From an archaeon (GTDB lineage: Archaea; Iainarchaeota; Iainarchaeia; Iainarchaeales; 1-14-0-10-31-34): a DNA stretch of 32,000 nt. The position numbers and the translations under genes were made by a program. The stretch covers positions 1 to 32,000 of the forward strand of contig JAJRVL010000001.1 of NCBI GenBank assembly GCA_024277355.1. Reading direction: 5' to 3'. Positions 7,931 to 16,640 of the stretch are shown here, piece after piece (positions within the stretch are counted from its first letter, which is position 1; the number at the start of each line of letters is the position of its first letter). The notes under the pieces are model-generated. The model did no database searches. It saw nothing but the letters and a program-made list of their open reading frames with translations, and was not told the origin of the DNA.

Positions 7931-10405
7931 ATGAATTCAAAACATTTTCTTTTAATAATTTTTTTTATTGCAAGTTTTTCCAGTGCTTTTGCAGCAATTA
8001 CTGTAATAGTAAATTCTCCTAATGGGAGCCAATATATAAATGAAACTTATGTACTTGACTTTAACTGGACTGACTCAAATGAAGCTGCATTAACCTATGA
8101 AGCAGACTTATATTACAGTACAACCGCAGGCGCTTTCAGCAATACAATTGCATTAAATGTTGACTTAACTGATGCAAATGCAACAAATCCAGATTCAAAT
8201 GTTGCTACAACAAACAATTATGTTTTTAGTTGGGATACAACAACAGTTACAGATGGAAATTATTTTATTGATGTAATAGTCCACAATGGAAATGCCACCC
8301 AAGCAGATGACTCCTCTGATACAAGTTTTAATTTAGATAACACTGCTCCAGCAACAACTTGGAGCGGAGATAATGATACATGGAAAACTTCAGATATTAC
8401 AGTGACTTTAACCTGCACTGATGCAAATTCTGGATGCGATACAACACAATATCGCTTAGACACTAATGCAACAAATACAGTAACTTATGGAAGCTGGACT
8501 GCTTACTCAACTTCTTTTACTATTTCAACTGACGGAAATTATGCAATAGACTTTAATTCAACTGACCGAGCAGGAAATCTTGAAACAACAAATACAGTTT
8601 ATGCATTGTTAGATAAAACAGCAGCTACTACAACAGATGATTCCCCTGCAACCTGGCAAAATTCTTCTTTTGATGTTACTTTAACTTGCTCTGACGGAGA
8701 CACTACAACAGCTACAAGATCTGGATGCAATGTTACACAATATAGAATAGACAGCGGAAGCTGGACTGCTTACTCAACAGCAATAAGTATTTCAACTGAT
8801 GCAAATCATCAAATTGATTATAATTCAAGCGATAATGCAGGAAACATTGAAACAACAAATATCACTTATGCTGCATTAGATACTGTTGCTCCAACAACTT
8901 CCTGGGATGGAAACCATAATGTTTGGCAGGCATCTGATGCAAATGTTCACTTAACTTGTAACGATTCAACAAGTGGTTGCAGTTCAACAAAATACAGATT
9001 AGACACTGATGCTTCAAACACAATAAGTTATGGCGCATGGACAACATATGATACAAATATTCTTATAACTGCAGACGGAAATTATGCAATAGACTTTAAT
9101 TCAACAGACAATGCAAATAATATTGGAGATGTTAATACCTTTTATGTTTTAATTGATCAGATTGCTCCAATTGTAACAATTAGTTCTCCAACTGAAGGAT
9201 GGAGTACAAAAACAACAAACACTTCAGTTCAAGTAACATTTAATTATAGTACAACAAACACAGGAGACCTAAATAAATATTCAATAAGAATGGATTCAGG
9301 AGACTGGATAAATAACGGTTTAAATACAACATATACTTTTTCAGCAGGAATTGGATCTCATACTTTATTTGTAATAGCAACAACTAACTCAGATTTAAAC
9401 AGTTCAACTGCTTCTGTTGGAATAGTAATTATACAAGAAAGCGGTGGATTAAATTACTGCGATGCTTCACAAGGAGATATTTGTAATGAAAACGAAGAAT
9501 GTACAGGAAACTGGTTAACAGTTTTAGATTCAAATAGATGCTGTTCAGTTAAATGCACTGCTTTAGCAGAAGAAATTTGCGGCAATGAAGTATGTATTGG
9601 AGATGAAAACTCAACTAATTGCCCAACAGACTGCCCTAAAGAAACAAAAGAAGTTATAATGGAAAAAACAATTTCAAAAAAACCTACTTCAAAAGAAATA
9701 AAAGAAAAATTAACTGAAGCAGGAGCATCAGAAACAGCAATAAAAAAAGCTTCTCAGGCAGTAGAAAAAACAACAGTAAGCAGAACAATCAAAGTAGAAA
9801 AAATAACAGACAACACAACAAAAAAAACAAGCTATAATACTATTATGACAATTAGTGTTTCAAATCCAGGAAACAAAAAAATACAAAAAATTAAAGTAAT
9901 TGAAAGTATTCCAAAATCTATTGCATTAACTGCATCACAAATAAAAAGTAATTCAAGTTTTACAGTACTAAAAGAAGATCCAATAATTCAATTTGAAATA
10001 GAAGAAATAAATTCAAAACAAACAAAAACAATAAGTTATACAGTAAACAACAATGTTACTGAAGAAACAGCAAATGAAATAACCATGCCAATAATATTAG
10101 AATTCCAAGAAGAATCTCTAAATTTATGTGAAGAAAAAAACTGTGACGATAATAATCCTTGTACAACAGATTCATGCAATAATTTAACAGGCAAATGCAT
10201 TAACACAAATTTAACTGATGGAACAAACTGCGGAACAAACCAAGAATGCAAAACAGGAGAATGCATTACAACATTTTCCACAAAAGAAAAAGATAAGGCA
10301 AAAGAAACAGGCTTAACTCCTATTATTATTTTAGCAATTTTAATAGTTCTTGCAGGAATAGGATACTACTATTATAAAATTAAACCTAAAAATTCCAATA
10401 AATGA
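7931..10405 (+). CDS. Surface/S-layer-like protein: signal peptide, three about 90-residue tandem Ig/OmpL47-like repeats, Cys-rich segments, C-terminal TM anchor
   Basis: N-terminal MNSKHFLLIIFFIASFSSAFA; repeated 'TTWxGDxxxWxxSDxxVxLTCxDxxSGCxxTxYRLDTxA...YGSWTAY...ISTDGNYAIDFNSTDxAGNxExTNTxYALLDxxAP'; C-terminal TPIIILAILIVLAGIGYYYYKIK. Confidence 0.8.
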   Translation: MNSKHFLLIIFFIASFSSAFAAITVIVNSPNGSQYINETYVLDFNWTDSNEAALTYEADLYYSTTAGAFSNTIALNVDLTDANATNPDSNVATTNNYVFSWDTTTVTDGNYFIDVIVHNGNATQADDSSDTSFNLDNTAPATTWSGDNDTWKTSDITVTLTCTDANSGCDTTQYRLDTNATNTVTYGSWTAYSTSFTISTDGNYAIDFNSTDRAGNLETTNTVYALLDKTAATTTDDSPATWQNSSFDVTLTCSDGDTTTATRSGCNVTQYRIDSGSWTAYSTAISISTDANHQIDYNSSDNAGNIETTNITYAALDTVAPTTSWDGNHNVWQASDANVHLTCNDSTSGCSSTKYRLDTDASNTISYGAWTTYDTNILITADGNYAIDFNSTDNANNIGDVNTFYVLIDQIAPIVTISSPTEGWSTKTTNTSVQVTFNYSTTNTGDLNKYSIRMDSGDWINNGLNTTYTFSAGIGSHTLFVIATTNSDLNSSTASVGIVIIQESGGLNYCDASQGDICNENEECTGNWLTVLDSNRCCSVKCTALAEEICGNEVCIGDENSTNCPTDCPKETKEVIMEKTISKKPTSKEIKEKLTEAGASETAIKKASQAVEKTTVSRTIKVEKITDNTTKKTSYNTIMTISVSNPGNKKIQKIKVIESIPKSIALTASQIKSNSSFTVLKEDPIIQFEIEEINSKQTKTISYTVNNNVTEETANEITMPIILEFQEESLNLCEEKNCDDNNPCTTDSCNNLTGKCINTNLTDGTNCGTNQECKTGECITTFSTKEKDKAKETGLTPIIILAILIVLAGIGYYYYKIKPKNSNK
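8351..9168 (+). repeat. Three tandem coding repeats of about 270 bp (about 8351-8620, 8621-8889, 8890-9168)
   Basis: Aligned translations share LTC(T/S/N)D...GC..T.Y(R)(L/I)D, WTAY, (D/N)xxDxNSxDNAGNxxxxN, and DxxAP; boundaries approximate. Confidence 0.75.
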
Positions 10406-10472
10406 ATAATAATTTTATCGTTTTCCCTTTTGACAAAAACAAAATATTATTTTTCTTAGTTTAAAAAGTTAG

Positions 10473-11003
10473 CTACTTACATAAACCTAAAACTGAATTA
10501 GCACTTTGATTAATTGAAAACAATAATAAAAGAATTCCAAAAACAGTTAACTCTAATCCATTAAAAGGAAGAAAAGCAAGAATTCCTCCAAAACCTAAAA
10601 TTGAAGCTAAACTTAACGCACAAGAAGTACATCCAGTAGAAAACAAAGCAGAAAAAAAACCTAAAACGCCGTGATGACCAGAAAATAATTTTTTGTCTCT
10701 GCGAAAAATAAAAATTAAAAAAGAAAAATTAATTCCTGCAAGAACTCCAAGCAAAACAACTAAAAACAAAGTTAGTTCAGTGTTAGTTGAAAAAATTCCG
10801 CCAAACAAAGAAAAAATAATTGAAATTTTCTGCATTAAAGTAAAATTTGAAGTTAAAGTTGAAGAAATAAAATCAAAATTTGCAATAAAATTCAAAAAAG
10901 AAACAATAAAAAACGCAGTAAAAAAAGTAAGAAAAAAATATTTTTTTTCAGAAAAAACAATAAAAAAAGATTTTTTTGTATTTGAAAAATTAAAAAAATT
11001 CAT
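10473..11003 (-). CDS. Small multi-TM membrane protein with GCTSC motif
   Basis: Hydrophobic segments throughout; conserved-looking 'GHHGVLGFFSALFSTGCTSCALSLASILGFGGILAFLPFNG'; same strand as the neighbouring dsbA-like gene. Confidence 0.65.
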   Translation of the reverse strand: MNFFNFSNTKKSFFIVFSEKKYFFLTFFTAFFIVSFLNFIANFDFISSTLTSNFTLMQKISIIFSLFGGIFSTNTELTLFLVVLLGVLAGINFSFLIFIFRRDKKLFSGHHGVLGFFSALFSTGCTSCALSLASILGFGGILAFLPFNGLELTVFGILLLLFSINQSANSVLGLCK

Positions 11004-11015
11004 TTAACCACAAAA

Positions 11016-11060
11016 AAAAGAGGGGAAAGGAGGGTTTAACTTAACGTTAAACCAGCCTCC
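11016..11060 (-). terminator. Hairpin plus T-tract (intrinsic-terminator-like) downstream of the dsbA-like gene
   Basis: Minus strand: GGAG-gct-GGTTTAAC-gttaa-GTTAAACC-CTCC followed by TTTCCCCTCTTTTTTTT; the T8 run occupies 11012-11019. Confidence 0.5.
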
Positions 11061-11069
11061 TGAATTGAA

Positions 11070-11873
11070 TCAGCTTAATAATGCATCAATAACACTTTTG
11101 AAAGTAGCTGCAGGCTGAGCTCCTCTAATTAACTGGCCTTCTCCGTCAGCTAAACCAATCAAAAAACTTGGAGTTCCCTGAACGCCAAACTTGCCGCCTT
11201 CTAAAAGATTTGATTCAACTGCATCAGAATATTTACCTGAATCAAAACAAGAATTAAATTCAGTTGAATTTAACCCTAAATTTACAGCCCACTGTTTTAC
11301 ATCATCTTTAGTAATGCTTGAAACAGTCCCTGTTCCTAAAGCATTTTGTTCCGAATAAATTTTGTCATGGAATTCAAAGTATTTTCCCTGGTCTCCTGCA
11401 CATCTTGCAGCTTCAGCATAAGGCTTAGCCATAGGATGAATATTATTTAAAGGAAAATCCTTGTAAGCAAACAAAACTTTGCCTTGTTTAACATAATCAT
11501 CAATTAAAGGTTTAGATGAATTAAACCAGCTTCTGCAAAAAGGACACTGATAATCAGAATATTCAATTACAATTACTTTTGCATTTTCATTTCCTTCAAT
11601 TCCTGCAGCAGTATCCAGTAAATCACTTAGTTTAATTGTACTGCCTGAATTTCCTGTATTAGTATTTGCTTGCTTAGTATTTCCTGAATCAGAATCTCCT
11701 AAATTGACAGTATCTGAATTACCTGAATCCTTATTATTTGTTTTTTCAGTATCTGAAGCAATAATACTTATTCCTGAAACACTTTCACTTAAGTTTCCTC
11801 CAACAACAAAAATTGTTGCAGATAACAATACAGCAGAAAAAATTACTGCTAAAAGTAAATTATTTTCATTCAT
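11070..11873 (-). CDS. Membrane-anchored DsbA-like thiol oxidoreductase / thioredoxin-fold protein
   Basis: N-terminal TM, S/T/N/G-rich linker, VIVIEYSDYQCPFCRSWF active site, FAYKDFPLNNIHPMAKPYAEAARCAGDQGKYFEFHDKIY and cis-Pro FGVQGTPSFLIG. Start at 11873 (MNENNLLLA) preferred over 11912 because GGGGAATTT precedes it. Confidence 0.88.
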   Translation of the reverse strand: MNENNLLLAVIFSAVLLSATIFVVGGNLSESVSGISIIASDTEKTNNKDSGNSDTVNLGDSDSGNTKQANTNTGNSGSTIKLSDLLDTAAGIEGNENAKVIVIEYSDYQCPFCRSWFNSSKPLIDDYVKQGKVLFAYKDFPLNNIHPMAKPYAEAARCAGDQGKYFEFHDKIYSEQNALGTGTVSSITKDDVKQWAVNLGLNSTEFNSCFDSGKYSDAVESNLLEGGKFGVQGTPSFLIGLADGEGQLIRGAQPAATFKSVIDALLS

Positions 11874-11973
11874 TAAATTCCCCCTTGGATTAATATTAGG
11901 ATTACCTAACAATTAAACCTAATCGCAGTAAGGCTTTTAAATATATGGAAAAAAAAGTTTAGTTAAAAAAATT

Positions 11974-13188
11974 TTATTCAAGTATATGCGGAACAGGATT
12001 AGGAATAATAAATTTCCCGTTGAATCCTTTTTCTTTGAGTTTTGGAACAATAATGTTTTTTAAGTTCCATGCTAAAAGCAAGGCATAATCTGGCTGGTCA
12101 GAAAAAACATTTGATTCATCTAAAACTTTTAAATGCATTCCTGGAGAAAACCTTCCAATTTTAAGGCTTTCTCTTTCAGCTAAATAATCTAAAATATTGC
12201 TGTCTATTTCACAGTAATTCAATAAAGTGTTTCCTTTTGCAGGAGCTCCAATTCCCACAATTTTTTTTTCTTGTTTTTTTATGCTAAATAAAATTTCCAT
12301 TAATTTGGTTTTTGTTTCTTTTACTTTTAATGCAAAGTCATCAAAAGTTTTTTTTTCATATAAACCTGCTTTTTCTTCTTCTTTAATTATTTCTGCAATA
12401 TTTTCTGAAACAGGATAAACATTTTTTTTGCAGACATAAACTCTTAAACTTCCTCCATGAGTTGGAATTCTTTCTGCATCAAATACTTCTAACCCATATA
12501 ATTCAAATAATTTAATTAAAGGCTTTAATGAATAATATCTTAAATGTTCTAAATAAATTGAATCATATTCCATTCCTGAAATCATATCTGCAAGGTAATG
12601 TGATTCCTGAACAAAAACACCTTTTTCAGCTAATAATTCTTTTATTCCTTTCATAAAAGAATCTAATTCTTTTACATGAGCAAAAACATTTGTTGCAGTA
12701 ATTATTTTTGCTTTGCCTTGTTTAACTGAAACTTTTTTTGCTGTTTGTTCATTGAAGAATTCTCTTAAAGTCGGAATATTCTTTTGTATTGCAAGTTTTG
12801 CTGATTCCGAAGGATCAATTCCTAAAACTTTTATTTCTTTTGAATAATTTGAAAGCAAAGTACCATCATTTGAACCTATATCTATTGCAAAATCTTTTGA
12901 ATTAAGATTAAATTTTTCAGTTAAATTTGAAACTAATTCAGAAAAATTTTTTACTAACTCTCCGCTTGAGCTTGTAGTATAAACAAAACTGTCTGTAAAT
13001 AAAATTGACGGGTCAACTGCATGAGTTAACTGAACTAATTTGCAGTTATTGCAAAAAGAAACTTCTAAAGGATAAGTTGGTTCTTTTTTGTTTAAATCTT
13101 CTTTTTTTAGAAAACGGTCGCTTGGAGGATGGTTTCCTAAAGACAAAAATTTATGTAAGTTTTCATTTGAACAAATTTGACATTTCAT
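11974..13188 (-). CDS. Class I SAM-dependent methyltransferase of the sugar C-methyltransferase type (N-terminal Zn-binding, C-terminal domain)
   Basis: CQICSNENL...FCNNCKLVQL, DIGSNDGTLLSNYS, ESHYLADMISGMEYDSIYLEHLRYYSLKPL, THGGSLRVYV, VGIGAPAKGNTLLNYC. Confidence 0.85.
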   Translation of the reverse strand: MKCQICSNENLHKFLSLGNHPPSDRFLKKEDLNKKEPTYPLEVSFCNNCKLVQLTHAVDPSILFTDSFVYTTSSSGELVKNFSELVSNLTEKFNLNSKDFAIDIGSNDGTLLSNYSKEIKVLGIDPSESAKLAIQKNIPTLREFFNEQTAKKVSVKQGKAKIITATNVFAHVKELDSFMKGIKELLAEKGVFVQESHYLADMISGMEYDSIYLEHLRYYSLKPLIKLFELYGLEVFDAERIPTHGGSLRVYVCKKNVYPVSENIAEIIKEEEKAGLYEKKTFDDFALKVKETKTKLMEILFSIKKQEKKIVGIGAPAKGNTLLNYCEIDSNILDYLAERESLKIGRFSPGMHLKVLDESNVFSDQPDYALLLAWNLKNIIVPKLKEKGFNGKFIIPNPVPHILE

Positions 13189-13199
13189 TGAATTACCTT

Positions 13200-14177
13200 T
13201 TATTTTTTATTTTCATTAAAGTTTTTTTCATACCACTTAAATGTTTTTTCAAGCCCTTTATCTAAAGTTATTTCTGGTTTATATCCTAAAGCAGTTAATT
13301 TTGTTATATCAGGGCATCTTCTTTTAACGCATCCTTCAGGAGAAGAAAGAATTTTTATTTCAGGATTAACTTCTGCAATTGCAAAAAGTTTTTTTGCTAA
13401 ATCAATTATTTTTATTTCTTCATCGCTTCTTCCAATATGAAATGTTTTTCCTTTTGTTTCTTTTTCCATTACTAATTGTGTTGCTTTAACTGCATCATCA
13501 ATATAACAAAAAGTTCTTGTTTCTGTTCCTCCAAAAATTTTGAAGGGATTTTCTTTTTGAATTATTCTTTCAATAAACTGAGGAATTACATGTCCTGTTC
13601 CCATTCTTGGACCATAAATATTATGATAACGAATTATTGAATAATCAAAGTCATGTAAATGTGCATAAGAATGAACTGTTATTTCTGCAATAATTTTTCC
13701 TCCGCCATAAGACCATCTTGGATTAGATGGATTATCTATTGCCAAAGGAATTTCTTCTGGAGTAGGAATAGGAAATTTTTCTCCCAGAAGTTTGAGTGTT
13801 CCTGCATAAGTTTCTGAACTGGAAGAAAACAAAAATTTTCCTTTTTTTTGTTCAATAAACCAGTCAAGCATATTTATTGTTCCTATTACACCTACTTTGA
13901 TTACTTTATCAGGCATTTTATAGAAGTTTTCAGTTCCGTTTATTGCAGCTAAATGATAAACAAAATCAAATAAATCTAGTTTTGAGAATTCATTTTCTTT
14001 TGTTATATCCATTTTAACAAAAGAAACATTTTCTTTCTCTAAAAATTCTTTGAATTCAGAATCTTGTTTTCCTCTTTCAAAGTTATCTGTTATTGTAACT
14101 TCATAGTTTTCAGCTAACTTTTTAGCTAAATGAAATCCAATAAATCCTGCTCCGCCTGAAACTAATGCTTTTTTCAT
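13200..14177 (-). CDS. NAD-dependent nucleotide-sugar epimerase/dehydratase (extended SDR)
   Basis: MKKALVSGGAGFIGFHLAKKL Rossmann motif; SSSETYAGT and YGGGKIIAE (YxxxK); HNIYGPRMGTGHVIPQFI. Confidence 0.9.
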   Translation of the reverse strand: MKKALVSGGAGFIGFHLAKKLAENYEVTITDNFERGKQDSEFKEFLEKENVSFVKMDITKENEFSKLDLFDFVYHLAAINGTENFYKMPDKVIKVGVIGTINMLDWFIEQKKGKFLFSSSSETYAGTLKLLGEKFPIPTPEEIPLAIDNPSNPRWSYGGGKIIAEITVHSYAHLHDFDYSIIRYHNIYGPRMGTGHVIPQFIERIIQKENPFKIFGGTETRTFCYIDDAVKATQLVMEKETKGKTFHIGRSDEEIKIIDLAKKLFAIAEVNPEIKILSSPEGCVKRRCPDITKLTALGYKPEITLDKGLEKTFKWYEKNFNENKK

Positions 14178-14319
14178 AAGAAATATTACATAAAAGAACT
14201 TTTTAAATACTTAAGAATAAAATGAAAATTGTACCAAAAGCAATATATTAATTCAAAAAAGAAATCATGCTGGTTTAAATTAGTTTTAATTCTTTTTTTT
14301 ATTAATTCAGTGGTAAATA

Positions 14320-15378
14320 ATGTTGCAGGAAAGAAAAAATTTAATTTTAAATACAATTAAAAGAAACGGCATAGCAGGATTAACTAATTTAGCTTTAAGG
14401 TATTATCAGCAAAAAAAAATTCCAGATAAAGCAAGTTATGTTCCAACTGCCTTGCAAATTGAAGTTACTACTGCCTGCAATTTAAAATGCACTATGTGCG
14501 AGCATTCATTTATGCAGGAAATAAGCAGAAATATTACTTTTAATGAATTTAAAAAAATTATTGATGAAAACAAAAACATTCAGGTAATTAATTTAACCGG
14601 AATAGGCGAATCACTGCTTAACCCTGAATTCATTAAAATGGTTGAATATGCAAAACAAAAAAATATTTATGTCTGGTTTAATGACAATTTTACTTTAATG
14701 ACAGAAGAAAAAATGAATAAAATGCTTGACTTAAAAGTTGATTTTATTATTATTTCTTTAGACGGAGCAACAAAAGAAACTTATAATAAAATCAGAGTTG
14801 GTTCAGATTTTAATAAAATAACAAAAAATTTTGCTAAGTTAAGGGAATTAAGAGATTCAAGAAATTTATCTGAACTAAAATTAGGAATTAATGCTGTTGT
14901 ATTAAAAGAAAATTATTTTGAAATAGACAAATTAGTTGATTTAGCGGTAAAGCTTAAAGCAGATAATTTAATGTTTTCAAGCATTATAATGTCAAGCAAT
15001 ACAGGAAAATTATCTTTATGGAATTTAAATGAAAAAGAAATAATTCCTTTTATTGAAAAAGGAAAAATTAAAGCAGAAAAAGCAGGTTTAAGGGTTATTG
15101 CATGGCCTGCAGTTAAATTTGAAAAATCAGAAAAAACCGGCTGTGAATACCCCTGGGCTAATCCTTATATTGGATATAATGGAGATGTACTGCCTTGCTG
15201 TTTTATTCCTCAGATGGCTAATGCAAGAACTCATAAAGAAAACATTATGGGAAATGTTTTTGAAAAACCATTAAAAGAAATATGGAATAATTCTAAGTAT
15301 CAGGAATTTAGAAAAAAAATTAAATCAAATAATCCGCCTAAATCATGCAGTACTTGTTCAAAATTTTACGGGCAATGA
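14320..15378 (+). CDS. Radical SAM protein with SPASM-like C-terminal domain
   Basis: TTACNLKCTMCEHS cluster motif, GIGESLLNPE, GCEYPWANPYIGYNGDVLPCCFIP...NIMGNVFEKPLKEIWNNSKYQEFRKKI...CSTCSKFYG. Confidence 0.88.
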   Translation: MLQERKNLILNTIKRNGIAGLTNLALRYYQQKKIPDKASYVPTALQIEVTTACNLKCTMCEHSFMQEISRNITFNEFKKIIDENKNIQVINLTGIGESLLNPEFIKMVEYAKQKNIYVWFNDNFTLMTEEKMNKMLDLKVDFIIISLDGATKETYNKIRVGSDFNKITKNFAKLRELRDSRNLSELKLGINAVVLKENYFEIDKLVDLAVKLKADNLMFSSIIMSSNTGKLSLWNLNEKEIIPFIEKGKIKAEKAGLRVIAWPAVKFEKSEKTGCEYPWANPYIGYNGDVLPCCFIPQMANARTHKENIMGNVFEKPLKEIWNNSKYQEFRKKIKSNNPPKSCSTCSKFYGQ

Positions 15379-15418
15379 AAATTAAAAGGTTTTTATTAAT
15401 TAAATTAAAAGTGATTAA

Positions 15419-16636
15419 ATGAAAACAGTTAGTGTAATTGGAATAGGAAGAGTAGGACTTCCCTTATGCTTAAGTTTAGCTGAAGCAGGCTTTAAAGTTT
15501 ATGGAATAGATAAAAGACAGGATTATATTCAGACAATTAAAAACAAAGAAATGCCTTTTGAAGAAGACAAAGCAAAAGAATTACTTGAAAAACATGTTAA
15601 TTCAAATTTTATTCCTTCAATTGAATTAAATAAAGTAAAAGAATCAGATTATGTTATTTTAACTATTGGAACTCCGGTTGATGAACACTTAAACCCTGAA
15701 TTCAAGCAGATTGATTCATTAACAAGAAATTTACTTCCATACTTAAAAAAAAATCAAGTAATAATTTTACGTTCAACTGTTTCTCCCGGCACAACAGAAT
15801 ACTTAAAAGATTTAATTGAAAAAGAAACAGAATTTAAAATAGGAAAAAACTTGTTTTTGGCTTTTTGTCCTGAAAGAATTGCTCAAGGAAAAGCAATAGA
15901 AGAAACAAAAGAATTACCTCAGATTGTCGGAGGCATTGATAAAGAAAGCACAAAAAAAGCAACTGAATTTTTTAAGAAATTTACAGTTGAACAAGTTGAA
16001 TCTGATGCAAGAAGTGCAGAATTAGCAAAAATTTTTACTAATATGTACAGATACATTAATTTTTCTATTGCAAATGAATTTATGATTTTAGCTGAAGAAC
16101 ATGAAAGAGAAATTTACGACATACTTCATTTAATTAATCATAACTATAAAAGAGGCGGAGTAAAACAACCAGGATATGCTGCAGGACCTTGTCTTTACAA
16201 AGATGGGTTCTTTTTAATTAACACAATGCCTTTTAATGAATTAATTTCAGTGAGCTGGAAAATAAATGAAACTACTCCTTTATATTTAATTAAAAAAATT
16301 AAAGCTAAAACTGCATTAAAAAACAAAAAAGTTGTTTTGCTTGGAATGTCTTTCAAAGCAGATAATGATGATACAAGAAATTCTTTAAGTTTTAAAATAA
16401 AAAAAGCATTAGAAAAAGAACATGCAGAATTAAAATTCCATGATCCTTTAGTTGAAAAATTCAAAGGAAATTTAGATGAAGTATTAAAAAATGCTGAAAT
16501 TGTAATTATTGGAATAAATCATTCAGAATACAGAAATCTTTCATTAGATTACATCAGAAAACTAGTGAAAAAAGATTGTTTGATTTGCGATATCTGGAAT
16601 GTTTTTAAGCAGAATAAGATTATTTATACTGTGTGA
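15419..16636 (+). CDS. Nucleotide-sugar dehydrogenase, UDP-ManNAc dehydrogenase (WecC)-like
   Basis: VSVIGIGRVGLPLCLSLAEAGFKVYGIDK; CPERIAQGKAIEETKELPQIVGGID; AAGPCLYKDGFFL with catalytic Cys; GMSFKADNDDTRNS. Confidence 0.87.
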   Translation: MKTVSVIGIGRVGLPLCLSLAEAGFKVYGIDKRQDYIQTIKNKEMPFEEDKAKELLEKHVNSNFIPSIELNKVKESDYVILTIGTPVDEHLNPEFKQIDSLTRNLLPYLKKNQVIILRSTVSPGTTEYLKDLIEKETEFKIGKNLFLAFCPERIAQGKAIEETKELPQIVGGIDKESTKKATEFFKKFTVEQVESDARSAELAKIFTNMYRYINFSIANEFMILAEEHEREIYDILHLINHNYKRGGVKQPGYAAGPCLYKDGFFLINTMPFNELISVSWKINETTPLYLIKKIKAKTALKNKKVVLLGMSFKADNDDTRNSLSFKIKKALEKEHAELKFHDPLVEKFKGNLDEVLKNAEIVIIGINHSEYRNLSLDYIRKLVKKDCLICDIWNVFKQNKIIYTV

Positions 16637-16640
16637 ATAA

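Noticed and set aside
7662-7940. Antisense and alternate-frame ORFs over the protease tail (7662-7940 -, 7704-7934 +, 7727-7924 -)
   Set aside because: They are shadows of low-complexity G/D/N/S codons; the main frame continues uninterrupted from the S8 protease with a signal peptide and catalytic boxes.
8351-9168. Possible CRISPR-like or noncoding satellite repeat
   Set aside because: The repeats are in-frame, diverged coding repeats of about 270 bp in a continuous ORF, not short conserved repeats with unique spacers.
10693-11007. Plus-strand 104-aa Lys-rich ORF opposite the membrane protein
   Set aside because: It mirrors Phe/Leu-rich codons of the minus-strand gene as Lys/Glu; no recognisable domain, while the minus strand has coherent TM segments.
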